From NCBI GenBank assembly GCA_031260045.1, contig JAIRKO010000039.1, positions 122,210-186,209 on the forward strand: DNA of 64,000 nt, given 5' to 3'. Numbering within the stretch: the stretch's first letter is position 1; the number at the start of each line of letters is the position of its first letter. Below are positions 42,462 through 52,801 of this stretch, one piece after another. The DNA comes from Dysgonamonadaceae bacterium. GTDB lineage: Bacteria; Bacteroidota; Bacteroidia; Bacteroidales; Azobacteroidaceae. The notes beneath the pieces were generated by a model, which made no database searches, was not told the DNA's origin, and saw nothing but the letters and a program-made list of their open reading frames with translations. The translations under genes were made by a program, and so were the position numbers.

Positions 42462-43544
42462 ATGAATAAAGTTACGAAGATTGTCTTATTTATTATCATT
42501 GCGTGTTTTTTAGCCGGCATGGCTGTTTATCCTACGTTGAAAAAGAAATTTAAAAAAGAGGAGGAAAGCCGTGAGGCGACGCTTCCGGATCGTTTCGGCA
42601 GTCGGGCGAAGCCCCTGAATGTCAATGCCAGAATATTGCATACTGAATCGCTGACCGATTATATCCGCGTAACGGGCAGCCTGATTCCCGACGAGGAAGT
42701 GGATTTGACTTTTGAAACCACCGGAAAGATTGTTAATATTTTCTTTCAGGAAGGCTCTACCGTACACAAAGGGGAACTGCTGGCGAAAGTCAACGACAAG
42801 CCGCTGCTGGCGGAACTGCAAAAACTGAAGGCGCAAATCCCCCTCGCCGAAGACCGCGTGTACAGGCAAAAGTCGCTGTTTGATAAAGACGCGGTCAGCA
42901 AGGAAACCTACGAACAGGTAACCACCGAACTGGACAAATTACATGCCGATATTGACCTCGTGCAGTCGCGGATTGCGCAAACCGAACTGCGCGCTCCTTT
43001 CGATGGGATTATCGGGCTGCGGCAGGTTAGCGAGGGCGCTTACGCTTCGCCGACAACCGTTGTCGCTTCGCTCACCAAAATTATTCCGCTCAAAATAGAG
43101 TTTGCCATTCCCGAACGGTATGCCGACATGATTCATCCCAACACCCGAATTGAATTTCAGGTGGACAACGACACCTATGCCGCTTCCGTTTATGCGGTTA
43201 ATTCTCGGATAGAAAAGGATGTGCTGCAATTGAAAGCCCGCGCCGTGTATGCAAATGCGCACGGACGCTTGAAACCGGGGCGGTCGGTATCCGTAAAAAT
43301 CAAATCCGCCGAGTTGAAAAATGCAATCATTGTCCCGAACGAATCGGTGATTGCCGAAATGGGGCGCGATATTGCCTACGTTTATTCGTCGGGAAAAGCA
43401 CATCTGACGGAACTGACAAAAGGGCTTCGGACGGAGTCGAGCGTTCAGGTATTGAGCGGTCTGAAATCGGGCGATACCCTGATTGTCAGCGGAATTATGC
43501 AGTTGAGGGACGAGTTGCCCGTAACAATCGACAATATTAATTAG
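42462..43544 (+). CDS. RND efflux periplasmic adaptor (MFP)
   Basis: N-terminal TM, EG..V.KGELLA, APFDG, LKPG; -7 box at 42422-42429. Confidence 0.92.
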   Translation: MNKVTKIVLFIIIACFLAGMAVYPTLKKKFKKEEESREATLPDRFGSRAKPLNVNARILHTESLTDYIRVTGSLIPDEEVDLTFETTGKIVNIFFQEGSTVHKGELLAKVNDKPLLAELQKLKAQIPLAEDRVYRQKSLFDKDAVSKETYEQVTTELDKLHADIDLVQSRIAQTELRAPFDGIIGLRQVSEGAYASPTTVVASLTKIIPLKIEFAIPERYADMIHPNTRIEFQVDNDTYAASVYAVNSRIEKDVLQLKARAVYANAHGRLKPGRSVSVKIKSAELKNAIIVPNESVIAEMGRDIAYVYSSGKAHLTELTKGLRTESSVQVLSGLKSGDTLIVSGIMQLRDELPVTIDNIN

Positions 43545-43623
43545 TTACGAGTTACAAGTTGCGAGTTACAAGTGGGCGCATTTACTTGTAATTCGTAACT
43601 TGTAACTTGTAATTCGTAACTAA
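43541..43623. repeat. 7-bp-period inverted repeat hairpin
   Basis: AGTTACG AGTTACA AGTTGCG AGTTACA ... ACTTGTA ATTCGTA ACTTGTA ACTTGTA ATTCGTA. Confidence 0.85.
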
Positions 43624-43629
43624 AAACGA

Positions 43630-46600
43630 ATGAACATTTCAGAGTTAAGTATAAAAAGACCTGTCCTTTCGACCGTATTCGTACTGGTAATTACGCTGTT
43701 TGGGATTATCGGCTACACCTATCTGGGAGTGCGCGAATATCCGAGCGTGGACAACCCGATTATTACGGTCAACGTTACCTACCCCGGCGCCAACGCTGAT
43801 ATTATCGAAAACCAGATTACGGAACCGTTGGAGCAGAATATCAACGGGATTCCGGGTATCCGTTCCCTCTCAAGCACGAGTAGTCAAGGCTCTTCGCGGA
43901 TTACTGTCGAGTTTGAGTTGAGCGTTGATATGGAAACGGCGGCAAACGACGTGCGCGACAAGGTTTCCCGCGCCCAACGCTTTCTCCCCCGCGACTGCGA
44001 CCCGCCGACGGTTTCCAAAGCCGACGCCGACGACCAGCCCATTCTCCAAATTTCCATCCAAAGCGAAAAGCGAAATCTGCTTGAATTGAGCGAAATTGCC
44101 GATTTGACGGTGAAAGAGCGTTTGCAAACCATCCGAAACGTGAGCGCCGTTTCCATCTGGGGCGAAAAACGCTATGCCATGCGCTTGTGGCTTGATCCGG
44201 AGAAAATGGCGGCTTACAGCATCACGCCCGTCGATATTCGGAACGCTATTGAGCGGGAAAATGTCGAACTGCCGTCGGGAAGCATCGAAGGCGACAGGAT
44301 GGAGTTGGCTATCCGCACTTTGGGTTTGATGCGGACGCCCGAAGAATTTAATAATTTAATTATTCGCGAAAACGATTTCAATGTCATCCGCCTGCGCGAC
44401 GTCGGTTATGCCGAACTCGGACCGGAAGACCAGCGCAGCATCATGCGCAAAAACGGCGTTCCGATGGTCAGTGTTGTGGTGATACCCCAGCCCGGCGCTA
44501 ACCATATTGAGATTTCCGACGAAGTGAAAGTGCGGCTTGTCCAGATGCAAAAAGATCTTCCCAACGACGTGAAATTAGATGTGGTTTTCGACAACACGCG
44601 GTTTATACGGGCTTCTATTTACGAAGTGCAGGAAACGATTTACATTGCGTTTATACTCGTGATTGTGATTATTTTCCTCTTCCTGCGCGACTGGCGGGCT
44701 ACGTTGGTGCCGGTGATTGTGATTCCCGTTTCGCTGGTCGGCGCATTTTTTATCATGTACATAGCGGGTTTTTCAATCAATGTGCTGTCAATGCTTGCGG
44801 TGGTGCTGGCTGTGGGCTTGGTGGTGGACGACGCCATTGTGATGGCAGAAAATATTTATGTGCGGATTGAACGCGGAATCAGCCCGAAAGAAGCGGGAAT
44901 TGAAGGCTCCAAAGAAATATTTTTTGCCATCGTGTCGACAACGATTACGCTGGTTGCCGTCTTTTTTCCGATTGTTTTCATGCAAGGCATGACGGGGCGG
45001 CTGTTTAAGGAGTTCAGCATCGTATTTTCGGGAGCCGTAGCCATTTCGGCGTTTATCGCATTGACTTTTACCCCGATGCTGTCCACAAAAATCCTCCGGA
45101 AAAGGGAACGCAAAAGCGCGTTTTACGAAAAAACGGAACCGTTTTTTGAAGGTTTGAACCGCCATTATGAAAAAGGACTGGCTTATTTCCTCGACCGCCG
45201 TTGGATTACCTGGCTGATTATGGGCGTTACGCTGGTCGCCGTTTTCATTTTGTGGACTCAAATCAAATCCGAAATGGCGCCTCTGGAAGATCGCTCGCAA
45301 GTGAGGATTAACATGACGGCGCCGGAAGGTTCTACCTACGAATTTTACAGGGATTACGCAACAAAAATATCCGCCATATCCGATTCGGTCGCACCCGAAC
45401 GGCAGTCCAATGTGATGCTTGTCCGTTCGGGATCTTCGTTCATACAGTTGATGTTGTCCGATATGAAAGAGCGGGAGCGGAGCCAGACGGAAATCGCCGA
45501 CGAACTGTCGAGCGCGGTTCGCAGGGAAACGCAGGCGCGCGCATTTGTGCAGCAGCAGTCCACCTTTGGCGGGCGGCGCGGCGGAATGCCGGTGCAATAT
45601 GTCCTGCAAGCGCCCAATTTGGAAAAATTGCAGGAATTTATCCCCAATTTCATGGCGAAAGTATCCGAAAGTCCGAAATTTCAAATGTCGGACGTTAACC
45701 TGAAATTCACCAAACCGGAAACCCGTATTCAAATCAACCGCGACAAGGCGGCGTTGCTCGGCGTAAGCACGCGCGACATCGGGCAAACCTTGCAGTATGC
45801 GCTCAGCGGACAGCGGATGGGCTATTTTTACATGAACGGGAAACAGTATCAAATACTGGCGGAAATCAACCGGCAGCAGCGCAACAAGCCGCTTGACCTG
45901 AAATCCATGTATGTCAAAAATGCTTCGGGCGAGATGATACAGTTGGACAACCTTGTTGATTTGTCGGAAAACGTTTCTCCGCCGCAGTTGTACCGTTACA
46001 ACCGTTTTAATTCTGCCACTGTCAATTCGGGACTTGCGCCGGGTGTTACCATCGGCGAAGGCTTGGATGAAATGGACAGGATTGCTCGCGAAACGCTGGA
46101 TGAAAGTTTCCGCACCGCACTGTCCGGCGAGTCGAAAGAGTTTCGCGAAAGCGCCTCCAGCCTGATGTTTACATTCGGCTTGGCGCTGATATTGATATTC
46201 CTGATTTTGGCGGCGCAGTTTGAAAGTTTCAAAGACCCGTTTATCGTGATGCTCACTGTCCCGCTTGCCATTGCCGGCGCATTGGCGTTCATGGCGGCAG
46301 GTGGCGTAACGATGAACATTTTCAGCCAAATAGGCATTATCATGCTGATCGGTTTGGCGGCAAAAAACGGCATCCTCATTGTGGAATTCGCCAACCAGAG
46401 GCAGGAAGCCGGCATGGAAAAAACGGAAGCCATACTCGGCGCGGCTGTTCAACGCCTGCGCCCTATCCTGATGACGAGTTTTTGCACCATTCTCGGACTG
46501 CTGCCGTTGGCTTTTGCCGGCGGCGAAGGCGCTAACGGACGAATTGCGATGGGCGTGTCGGTAATCGGGGGAATGATTGTGTCCACGCTACTTACATTGT

Positions 46601-46662
46601 TTGTTGTGCCGGCGGTTTATACTTATTTTTCTACGAATAGGGAAGATTTAAATAATAAGTAA
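43630..46662 (+). CDS. RND efflux permease (AcrB/AcrD/AcrF family)
   Basis: GLVVDDAIV, KNGILIVEFA, RLRPILMT. Confidence 0.95.
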   Translation: MNISELSIKRPVLSTVFVLVITLFGIIGYTYLGVREYPSVDNPIITVNVTYPGANADIIENQITEPLEQNINGIPGIRSLSSTSSQGSSRITVEFELSVDMETAANDVRDKVSRAQRFLPRDCDPPTVSKADADDQPILQISIQSEKRNLLELSEIADLTVKERLQTIRNVSAVSIWGEKRYAMRLWLDPEKMAAYSITPVDIRNAIERENVELPSGSIEGDRMELAIRTLGLMRTPEEFNNLIIRENDFNVIRLRDVGYAELGPEDQRSIMRKNGVPMVSVVVIPQPGANHIEISDEVKVRLVQMQKDLPNDVKLDVVFDNTRFIRASIYEVQETIYIAFILVIVIIFLFLRDWRATLVPVIVIPVSLVGAFFIMYIAGFSINVLSMLAVVLAVGLVVDDAIVMAENIYVRIERGISPKEAGIEGSKEIFFAIVSTTITLVAVFFPIVFMQGMTGRLFKEFSIVFSGAVAISAFIALTFTPMLSTKILRKRERKSAFYEKTEPFFEGLNRHYEKGLAYFLDRRWITWLIMGVTLVAVFILWTQIKSEMAPLEDRSQVRINMTAPEGSTYEFYRDYATKISAISDSVAPERQSNVMLVRSGSSFIQLMLSDMKERERSQTEIADELSSAVRRETQARAFVQQQSTFGGRRGGMPVQYVLQAPNLEKLQEFIPNFMAKVSESPKFQMSDVNLKFTKPETRIQINRDKAALLGVSTRDIGQTLQYALSGQRMGYFYMNGKQYQILAEINRQQRNKPLDLKSMYVKNASGEMIQLDNLVDLSENVSPPQLYRYNRFNSATVNSGLAPGVTIGEGLDEMDRIARETLDESFRTALSGESKEFRESASSLMFTFGLALILIFLILAAQFESFKDPFIVMLTVPLAIAGALAFMAAGGVTMNIFSQIGIIMLIGLAAKNGILIVEFANQRQEAGMEKTEAILGAAVQRLRPILMTSFCTILGLLPLAFAGGEGANGRIAMGVSVIGGMIVSTLLTLFVVPAVYTYFSTNREDLNNK

Positions 46663-46709
46663 ATGTTCATAATTATTTCTGGATTGCTTCACCGTTGCGC
46701 GGTTCGCAT
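46656..46709. repeat. MITE/REP-like end overlapping the RND stop codon
   Basis: TAAGTAAATGTTCATA-ATTATTTCTGGATTGCTTCACCGTTGCGCGGTTCGCA. Confidence 0.75.
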
Positions 46710-46781
46710 ATTTGCCCCGTTAAATCTGAAAGCAATAAATTTTTCGTAAATTTGCCTGCAAATCACAAGAATTATTCAAAA

Positions 46782-47183
46782 ATGTCGGTTGTTCGTTTTG
46801 GCGTATCGTTGGAGTCGGAATTGCTCGTAGAGTTGGATGCTTACGTGCAAGATAATTGTTTTGCCAACCGTTCGCAGGCTATTCGCGCCTTAATCGAAAA
46901 AAATACCGTCGAAAAAAAGTGGCTTTGCAATCATCATGTAACCGGCGCCATCGTTTTGGTGTATGAACCCGAAAGGTATGGTATTGCCGCGAATCTGCTT
47001 AAAATCCAACAAAATAACACCGGATTGATTCTTTCTTCTCAGCGTTTTTTTGAAAAAAAGAATCTTTGTGTCGAAATTATCGCTGTGGACGGCATTGCCC
47101 AAAAACTGACCAAACTTTCCGAAGAAATAATTTCTTTGAAAGGCATCATTCATGGGAAATTAATTATGAGTAGGGTAGAATAA
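46782..47183 (+). CDS. nikR: NikR-family ribbon-helix-helix regulator with substituted Ni ligands
   Basis: RFGVSL...NRSQAIR RHH domain; ACT domain G.I.LVY..C.EII.V.G; -7 box at 46747-46754. Confidence 0.85.
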   Translation: MSVVRFGVSLESELLVELDAYVQDNCFANRSQAIRALIEKNTVEKKWLCNHHVTGAIVLVYEPERYGIAANLLKIQQNNTGLILSSQRFFEKKNLCVEIIAVDGIAQKLTKLSEEIISLKGIIHGKLIMSRVE

Positions 47184-47201
47184 AAAATTTTTTAATTGAT
47201 A

Positions 47202-47234
47202 GTAACACGTTTTTTACAATAAGTGTTATCTTTG
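47202..47234 (+). promoter_or_regulatory. Putative NikR-type operator overlapping the -7 box of the TonB receptor gene
   Basis: GTAACAC-N14-GTGTTAT (47202-47229) overlaps TATCTTTG (47227-47234). Confidence 0.6.
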
Positions 47235-47273
47235 CTAAAATTAATCGCAATTTTTTAATTATTCATCAAAAAA

Positions 47274-49148
47274 ATGAAAACAAATCGTATTTTTTTATCG
47301 CTTGTTACTTTTTTAACGAGTATATTTTCAATCGCTTATGCAGAACCCGCGCCTTTTTTGAAAGACACGGTTTCGTTGGAGGAAGTCGTTGTCGTTTCTA
47401 CGGCAAAGACGGAAGTGAGTCGCAGCCGAATACCTTTTACCGTGTCGGTCGTTGACAGGAAAACGCTGGATGCAAGTACGGAAACCGGCGTGCTGTCCGT
47501 TTTGTCGGAACAGGTTCCGGGTTTGTTCGTCACGCAGAAAGGCGTTACCGGATTTGGGATTTCTAATGGCTCAGCGGGAACGGTTAATATTCATGGCGTT
47601 GGCGGCGGGAATAAAGTTTTGATGCTGTTTGACGGGCAACCGATGTGGGCGGGTATTTTCGGTCACAGCATAGCCGATGCTTACGTCGCTTCCGATGCGG
47701 AAAAGGTAGAAGTAATCAGGGGACCCGGATCGCTGCTCTACGGTTCCAACGCTTTGGGCGGCGTAATCAACGTCATCACGCGGAAAGCCGATGAGGATGG
47801 CGCTCACGGTCGCGCCCGCATTATGTACGGATCATACAACACGCAAAAATATCTCGGAAGCGCCGGCTACAAAAAAGACAAACTGAATATTTACGCTTCC
47901 GTGAACCATGACCGCACCGACGGACATCGCGACAATTCGGAATTTTATATTACAAATGCCTACGTAAAAGCAGGATATACCTTTTCAAAAAATTGGGACG
48001 CTTCGGCTGACGCTATCGTTGCCGACTTCAAAACGGTTAATCCGGGAGCCGTCACGCAACTCATGTCCGACAATTGGGCAAAAGCCTTGCGGACAACTTA
48101 TTCCGTTGCGCTCAACAACCGGTTTGAAAACATGGACGGCTCCGTTCAGGTGTTTTACAATAACGGAAAACATAAAATCAACGATGGGTATAATGATAGT
48201 TCGCAACCTCGTACCTATTTGTTCCGTTCGGACGACTACAATACAGGCATTGCACTTTTTGAGTCTTTCCGGCTGATTGAAGGGAATTTATTGACTGTCG
48301 GTATTGACGCCAAACAATGGGGCGGTCATGCATGGAATGATAATTTTGATGGAAGTAAAGATGAAATTATTGATAAAAAAGTGAATGAATTTGCAGGATA
48401 TGCCGTTGTGCAACAAACGCTTTTCGATAAATTAACCCTCAATGCCGGAATCCGTTTGGAAAATAACGAAAATTACGGCAACGAATGGATACCCCAAGCC
48501 GGTATTGCTTACAATCCAACCGGGCAACTGGCGTTGAAACTTTCGGCATCGAAAGGCTTCAGAAGTCCTAATATCAGGGAATTATATATGTATATGCCGG
48601 CAAATCCCGATTTGAAACCCGAAAGGATGAACAATTACGATTTTTCTTATTTGCAATCCCTGTTGGATAGCCGTTTACAGTTTGAATTGACATTGTTTTT
48701 CGCGCAAGGGGAAAACCTAATTTCCACAACCATGAGAGAGGGCAGACCATTGAACGTCAATACCGGCAAATTCATTAACAAAGGCTTCGATTTCGGTATG
48801 ACATATAACATCTTACCAAACTTAAAACTTTCGGGAAATTACAGTTTGCTGGATTCCGACATTCAAATCATCGCCTCGCCGAAACACAAGGCTTTCGCAA
48901 GTATCGAATGGAATTGCGGCAAATGGGTTTTTATGCCTAATTACCGGTATGTTGGCGGTTTATATCTCGCAGACAATGTGCCAATGGAAAATTATTCTTT
49001 ATTGAATTGCCGTGTTTCCTGCAAAGTCATCCCCTCGCTCTCGGTTTTTCTGAACGGCGAAAACCTGACAGATACTTCATATGCGACATATGCCGGTTTT
49101 CCTATGCCCGGAATGGTTGTTATGGGTGGCGTTGATTGGAGGTTTTAG
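47274..49148 (+). CDS. TonB-dependent receptor (BtuB-like, probably metal or cofactor uptake)
   Basis: LEEVVV TonB box; EVIRGPGSLLYGSNALGGVINVIT plug; NPDLKPE; terminal Phe. Confidence 0.9.
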   Translation: MKTNRIFLSLVTFLTSIFSIAYAEPAPFLKDTVSLEEVVVVSTAKTEVSRSRIPFTVSVVDRKTLDASTETGVLSVLSEQVPGLFVTQKGVTGFGISNGSAGTVNIHGVGGGNKVLMLFDGQPMWAGIFGHSIADAYVASDAEKVEVIRGPGSLLYGSNALGGVINVITRKADEDGAHGRARIMYGSYNTQKYLGSAGYKKDKLNIYASVNHDRTDGHRDNSEFYITNAYVKAGYTFSKNWDASADAIVADFKTVNPGAVTQLMSDNWAKALRTTYSVALNNRFENMDGSVQVFYNNGKHKINDGYNDSSQPRTYLFRSDDYNTGIALFESFRLIEGNLLTVGIDAKQWGGHAWNDNFDGSKDEIIDKKVNEFAGYAVVQQTLFDKLTLNAGIRLENNENYGNEWIPQAGIAYNPTGQLALKLSASKGFRSPNIRELYMYMPANPDLKPERMNNYDFSYLQSLLDSRLQFELTLFFAQGENLISTTMREGRPLNVNTGKFINKGFDFGMTYNILPNLKLSGNYSLLDSDIQIIASPKHKAFASIEWNCGKWVFMPNYRYVGGLYLADNVPMENYSLLNCRVSCKVIPSLSVFLNGENLTDTSYATYAGFPMPGMVVMGGVDWRF

Positions 49149-49152
49149 ATGA

Positions 49153-49250
49153 AAATCGCAGCCGTCATTGCTTCAGGATTCGCCTTCGCAATGACGGCTG
49201 CGATTTTTCAGGGGGATCCCGCGTCAAGCGCGGGATGACGGGAACAGCCA
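49153..49250. repeat. Composite REP-like hairpins (probable terminator between convergent genes)
   Basis: AAATCGCAGCCGTCATTGC...GCAATGACGGCTGCGATTT, then GGATCCCGCGTCAAGCGCGGGATGACG. Confidence 0.8.
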
Positions 49251-49263
49251 CCAAGCGAAATTC

Positions 49264-52092
49264 TCACTCAAACAATTCCTCAATTTCCAAATCACTCAAA
49301 TGTTCCAACGGGTTGTTGGAAGTAATAAAAGTACCCGACAACCGGCTCTTTTCTTCTTGCAGGGAAATAATTTTTTCTTCGATGGAATTGGACGAAATGA
49401 AGCGGTAAACCATCACCTTTTTGTTTTGCCCGATGCGGTGCGCCCGACTAACGGCTTGCATCTCGACAGCCGGATTCCACCAAGGGTCGATGATAAACAC
49501 ATAGTCAGCCGCCGTCAGGTTTAAGCCGACGCCACCCGTTTTCATGGAAATCAAAAACGCTTTCACCTCTTCGTTCCGGTTAAAACGGTCGATGGCTTCC
49601 TCCCGTTTTGCAGTTTCCCCTGTGAGCATGGCGTATTCCCACCCTTTTTCTTCAAAAGATGCGGCGATGATGTCCAGCGTTTTTACGAACGAGGAAAAAA
49701 TCAATACTTTGTGTCCGTTTGCCTTAACGTCTTCAAAATAAAGCAGGATTTGGTCGAATTTTCCGGAATCGCCCTCGTATTGCGGATAAGTTATAACCGG
49801 ATGATTCGACAAAAGCCGCAACCTGCTCAAACTTTGCAGGGCGATAAAACTGTTTTTTACAAACCGTTCGCGGTTTTCCAGCAGTTTGTTGCGGATGCTG
49901 TTTTTTTCCGCCAAATACACCTTTTCCTGTTCTTCGGTCATGTCGCAATAAACGGTTTCCTGCGACAGGGGCGGAAGTTCCGGCGTAACTTCTTCCTTGG
50001 TTCGGCGAAGTAAAAACGGATGAATCAGCCGTTGAAGAATTTCTTGCGATTGATTGTCTTTTTCCTTGCCTGTTTTATGGATATAACTGTTTTTGAATGC
50101 GGACGGATTGCCCAGCAAACCCGGATTGATGAAGTTGAACTGCGCCCAAAGGTCGATTAACGAATTTTCGATGGGCGTTCCGGTAAGGCTCAATTTGTGC
50201 GTGGAATTCAGCTGCTTAATCGACCGGTAAATAACCGATTCCGAATTTTTAATATACTGGCTTTCATCCAAAATAAGATAATAAAACGCATATTTTGCCA
50301 AGCAATCCACGTCCGCGCGGACAATGCCGTAGGAGGTAATAATTACCTGATGGGCATTGAATATTTCCCCGATTTGTTCGGGCTTCCTGCGATTGCTTCC
50401 CGCGTGAATATATATTTTCAGGCGGGGCGCGAACTTCCTCAGTTCGTTTTGCCAATTGTGCAGCAGGGACTTGGGGGCAACCACCAGAGAAGCGTTACGC
50501 GGCTCGGAATAAACGGATTCAAGCAGGGCAATGGTTTGAAGCGTTTTGCCCAAACCCATATCGTCGGCAAGGCATCCCCCGAAATGCAGTTTGCGCAGGT
50601 GTTCCAGCCAGTAAAAACCCTCTTTTTGATAGGGACGCAGGATGTTGTCCAAGTGCGGAGGAATTGCGGGACGTTCAAACGGCGTTTGCTTAAACCGTTC
50701 CAAAAACTTTCCGCTCTCCCCGTTGAAAAAACCATTGACGGCTTCAACCAAAAGCGGCGTGTGAATTTTACGGACACGTATTTCCCGTTCGGAAGATTCC
50801 GCATGCAGAAAGAGCTCCAGATAACGGTGAAACCATTCTTCCGGCAAAATAAAAATACTCCCGTCGGGCAGGACATATTCGGCATTTCCGGTGAGGATAT
50901 GTTGTTTGAAGCGACTGAATGGAATCTTAAACCTCTCGAAAACAACCTCAATCTCCATCTCAAACCAGTCGATTTTTTCATTGATTTTCGATTCCATGTC
51001 GATTTTCCCCGAATAATACCGTTGCGTTGTTTTTTGTTTGATTTCAAAATCATTCAAGCGGTCGGAATGTTGGTTTATCCAGTCGATAACACCGTGTTTA
51101 CGGGCGGTTTCGGCAATTTGTTGCGTGTAAAAACAGTTTTCGTTTTGAAGTTCAAGACCCAGCGCAAGCAGGCGGTCGCGAACGCCTTTTTCCCATTCCG
51201 TATCGCGATCGAACCAGCAAATATTTTCCCGCCCGTTGATTTCTTCGAGGCTCACCGTCCGCCGTTTTCGCGAGTTGGCGGTGTACGTCACTCGGCGGTC
51301 GCCATACAGGAAATACAAACGAAGCATCAGGCAGGAATTAAAATCCTCTTCGAGTTCCAAAACCGCTTTCTTTTCGGGGTTTCTTTGAACCATTTCGATG
51401 CCTTCAATCCGGACGTCGTATTTGGGAATGGTTTTCAGGATAAACTTTTCGATGTACATCTTTTCCGATGCGGGCGGCACGTCAATATGCGTTTTGTCGA
51501 AAAAGGGGGTCAGTTTCTTGGCGTCGATATTTTCCACCTCGTGGATTTTGTTTCCCAAAAGCGCCACGCAAGGCTCGTTCGACAGGACGATGGCGGGTTT
51601 TTCCTGCAACAGGATTTCTTCCTCTTTGTTTGTGAGGGAAATAAAATAGCGCAACCCGTTTGTATCCTTGATAAAATTGAAAAGGCAACGGCTTTTGTCG
51701 GGCAGGAGTTGGATTCGGCTGACGCCCGAAATCGTGCGGAGCGCAGGCGTTTCCCGAAGGTAAAAAGGGATGTCGGTTTGCCGCGCCAAATCAAGGATTT
51801 TTGAACACTGGTTTTCTATTCTCGGACGAATCAGGTTGTCTATCGTGCTTTGCGGAATGTTAGCGCGGTCGCTTTCGCGAACATACGCTTTCAGCAGGAT
51901 TTCGTCCGAAATATCGTCAACCGCTTTCCACAGCGCGATTTCCGCATCGGACGCGCCGCGCTTGATTTCTTCGTTGATGTTGGGAAGTCCTAAAATGCGA
52001 ATGCTCCCGGAGGGCTGTTCGATGGCGGAATACAGGTTTATTTTCCATCCGAAGCGGCGGTGTTCGGTTATGATTAATATTAATTTATCCAT
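49264..52092 (-). CDS. SNF2-family helicase/ATPase
   Basis: LADDMGLGKT, DESQ, LTGTPIEN, RRTK, QAVSRAHRIGQ. Confidence 0.93.
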   Translation of the reverse strand: MDKLILIITEHRRFGWKINLYSAIEQPSGSIRILGLPNINEEIKRGASDAEIALWKAVDDISDEILLKAYVRESDRANIPQSTIDNLIRPRIENQCSKILDLARQTDIPFYLRETPALRTISGVSRIQLLPDKSRCLFNFIKDTNGLRYFISLTNKEEEILLQEKPAIVLSNEPCVALLGNKIHEVENIDAKKLTPFFDKTHIDVPPASEKMYIEKFILKTIPKYDVRIEGIEMVQRNPEKKAVLELEEDFNSCLMLRLYFLYGDRRVTYTANSRKRRTVSLEEINGRENICWFDRDTEWEKGVRDRLLALGLELQNENCFYTQQIAETARKHGVIDWINQHSDRLNDFEIKQKTTQRYYSGKIDMESKINEKIDWFEMEIEVVFERFKIPFSRFKQHILTGNAEYVLPDGSIFILPEEWFHRYLELFLHAESSEREIRVRKIHTPLLVEAVNGFFNGESGKFLERFKQTPFERPAIPPHLDNILRPYQKEGFYWLEHLRKLHFGGCLADDMGLGKTLQTIALLESVYSEPRNASLVVAPKSLLHNWQNELRKFAPRLKIYIHAGSNRRKPEQIGEIFNAHQVIITSYGIVRADVDCLAKYAFYYLILDESQYIKNSESVIYRSIKQLNSTHKLSLTGTPIENSLIDLWAQFNFINPGLLGNPSAFKNSYIHKTGKEKDNQSQEILQRLIHPFLLRRTKEEVTPELPPLSQETVYCDMTEEQEKVYLAEKNSIRNKLLENRERFVKNSFIALQSLSRLRLLSNHPVITYPQYEGDSGKFDQILLYFEDVKANGHKVLIFSSFVKTLDIIAASFEEKGWEYAMLTGETAKREEAIDRFNRNEEVKAFLISMKTGGVGLNLTAADYVFIIDPWWNPAVEMQAVSRAHRIGQNKKVMVYRFISSNSIEEKIISLQEEKSRLSGTFITSNNPLEHLSDLEIEELFE

Positions 52093-52117
52093 ATATGTAT
52101 TAAGGAGAGTTAAGAAC

Positions 52118-52290
52118 TAAGTAAATGTTCCTAATTTTTATTCTGGATTGCTTCACCGCTTCGCGGTTCGCAATGACGGGAGCGGTGTTTTTACCTCTCC
52201 GTCTTGCCCGCAATGACGTGTGCGGTAATTAACCCCCACTGCGTCATTGCGAAAGCGAAGCTTTAAGCAATCCAGAAAAAATATAGGACG
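52118..52290. repeat. Full-length MITE-like palindromic element
   Basis: TAAGTAAATGTTCCTA..TTCTGGATTGCTTCACCG..GCAATGACG ... CGTCATTGCGAAAGCGAAG..AAGCAATCCAGAA..TAGGAC. Confidence 0.78.
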
Positions 52291-52304
52291 TTGCGCAAAG
52301 CATA

Positions 52305-52793
52305 TTAGTTCTTAGTTCTAAAAGCCGCCATTTTCACAGCCGTCACAGCACACTCATCGCCCTTGTTTCCATACTTCCCGCCTGCGCGGTCGAGGGCTTG
52401 CTGCAAAGTATCGGTCGTCAGCAGTCCGAAAATATAAGGAATGTCCCCCGCCGCATTCAAAGCGGAAAAACCCTGTGTAACGCCCGCGCAAACATAATCG
52501 AAATGAGGCGTTTCGCCGCGTACAACGCACCCCAACCCGATTACCGCATGGGGACGAACATTTTGCGCCATCCGCCGCGCGGCATAAATCAGTTCAAAAC
52601 TTCCGGGAACGCACGTAACAGCTATGTTTTCGGGTTTTGCGCCAAGCCTAAGCAAAGTATTGTATGCACCGTCTCGAAGTTTGCCCGTTACATCGGAATT
52701 CCACTCCGAAACGACAACGGCAAAACGCATCCGACTCGCATCCGGAACGCTTTCCGGATCATAACCGGATAAATTTTGCAACTCTGTAGCCAT
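52305..52793 (-). CDS. ribH: 6,7-dimethyl-8-ribityllumazine synthase
   Basis: [25 protein letters not shown]. Confidence 0.96.
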   Translation of the reverse strand: MATELQNLSGYDPESVPDASRMRFAVVVSEWNSDVTGKLRDGAYNTLLRLGAKPENIAVTCVPGSFELIYAARRMAQNVRPHAVIGLGCVVRGETPHFDYVCAGVTQGFSALNAAGDIPYIFGLLTTDTLQQALDRAGGKYGNKGDECAVTAVKMAAFRTKN

Positions 52794-52801
52794 CTATCTG
52801 T

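Noticed and set aside
44788-46452. 554-aa antisense ORF; similarly 50197-51804, 35488-36936, 54355-55335 and 31370-32272
   Set aside because: These are shadow ORFs opposite well-supported genes and show no recognisable motifs.
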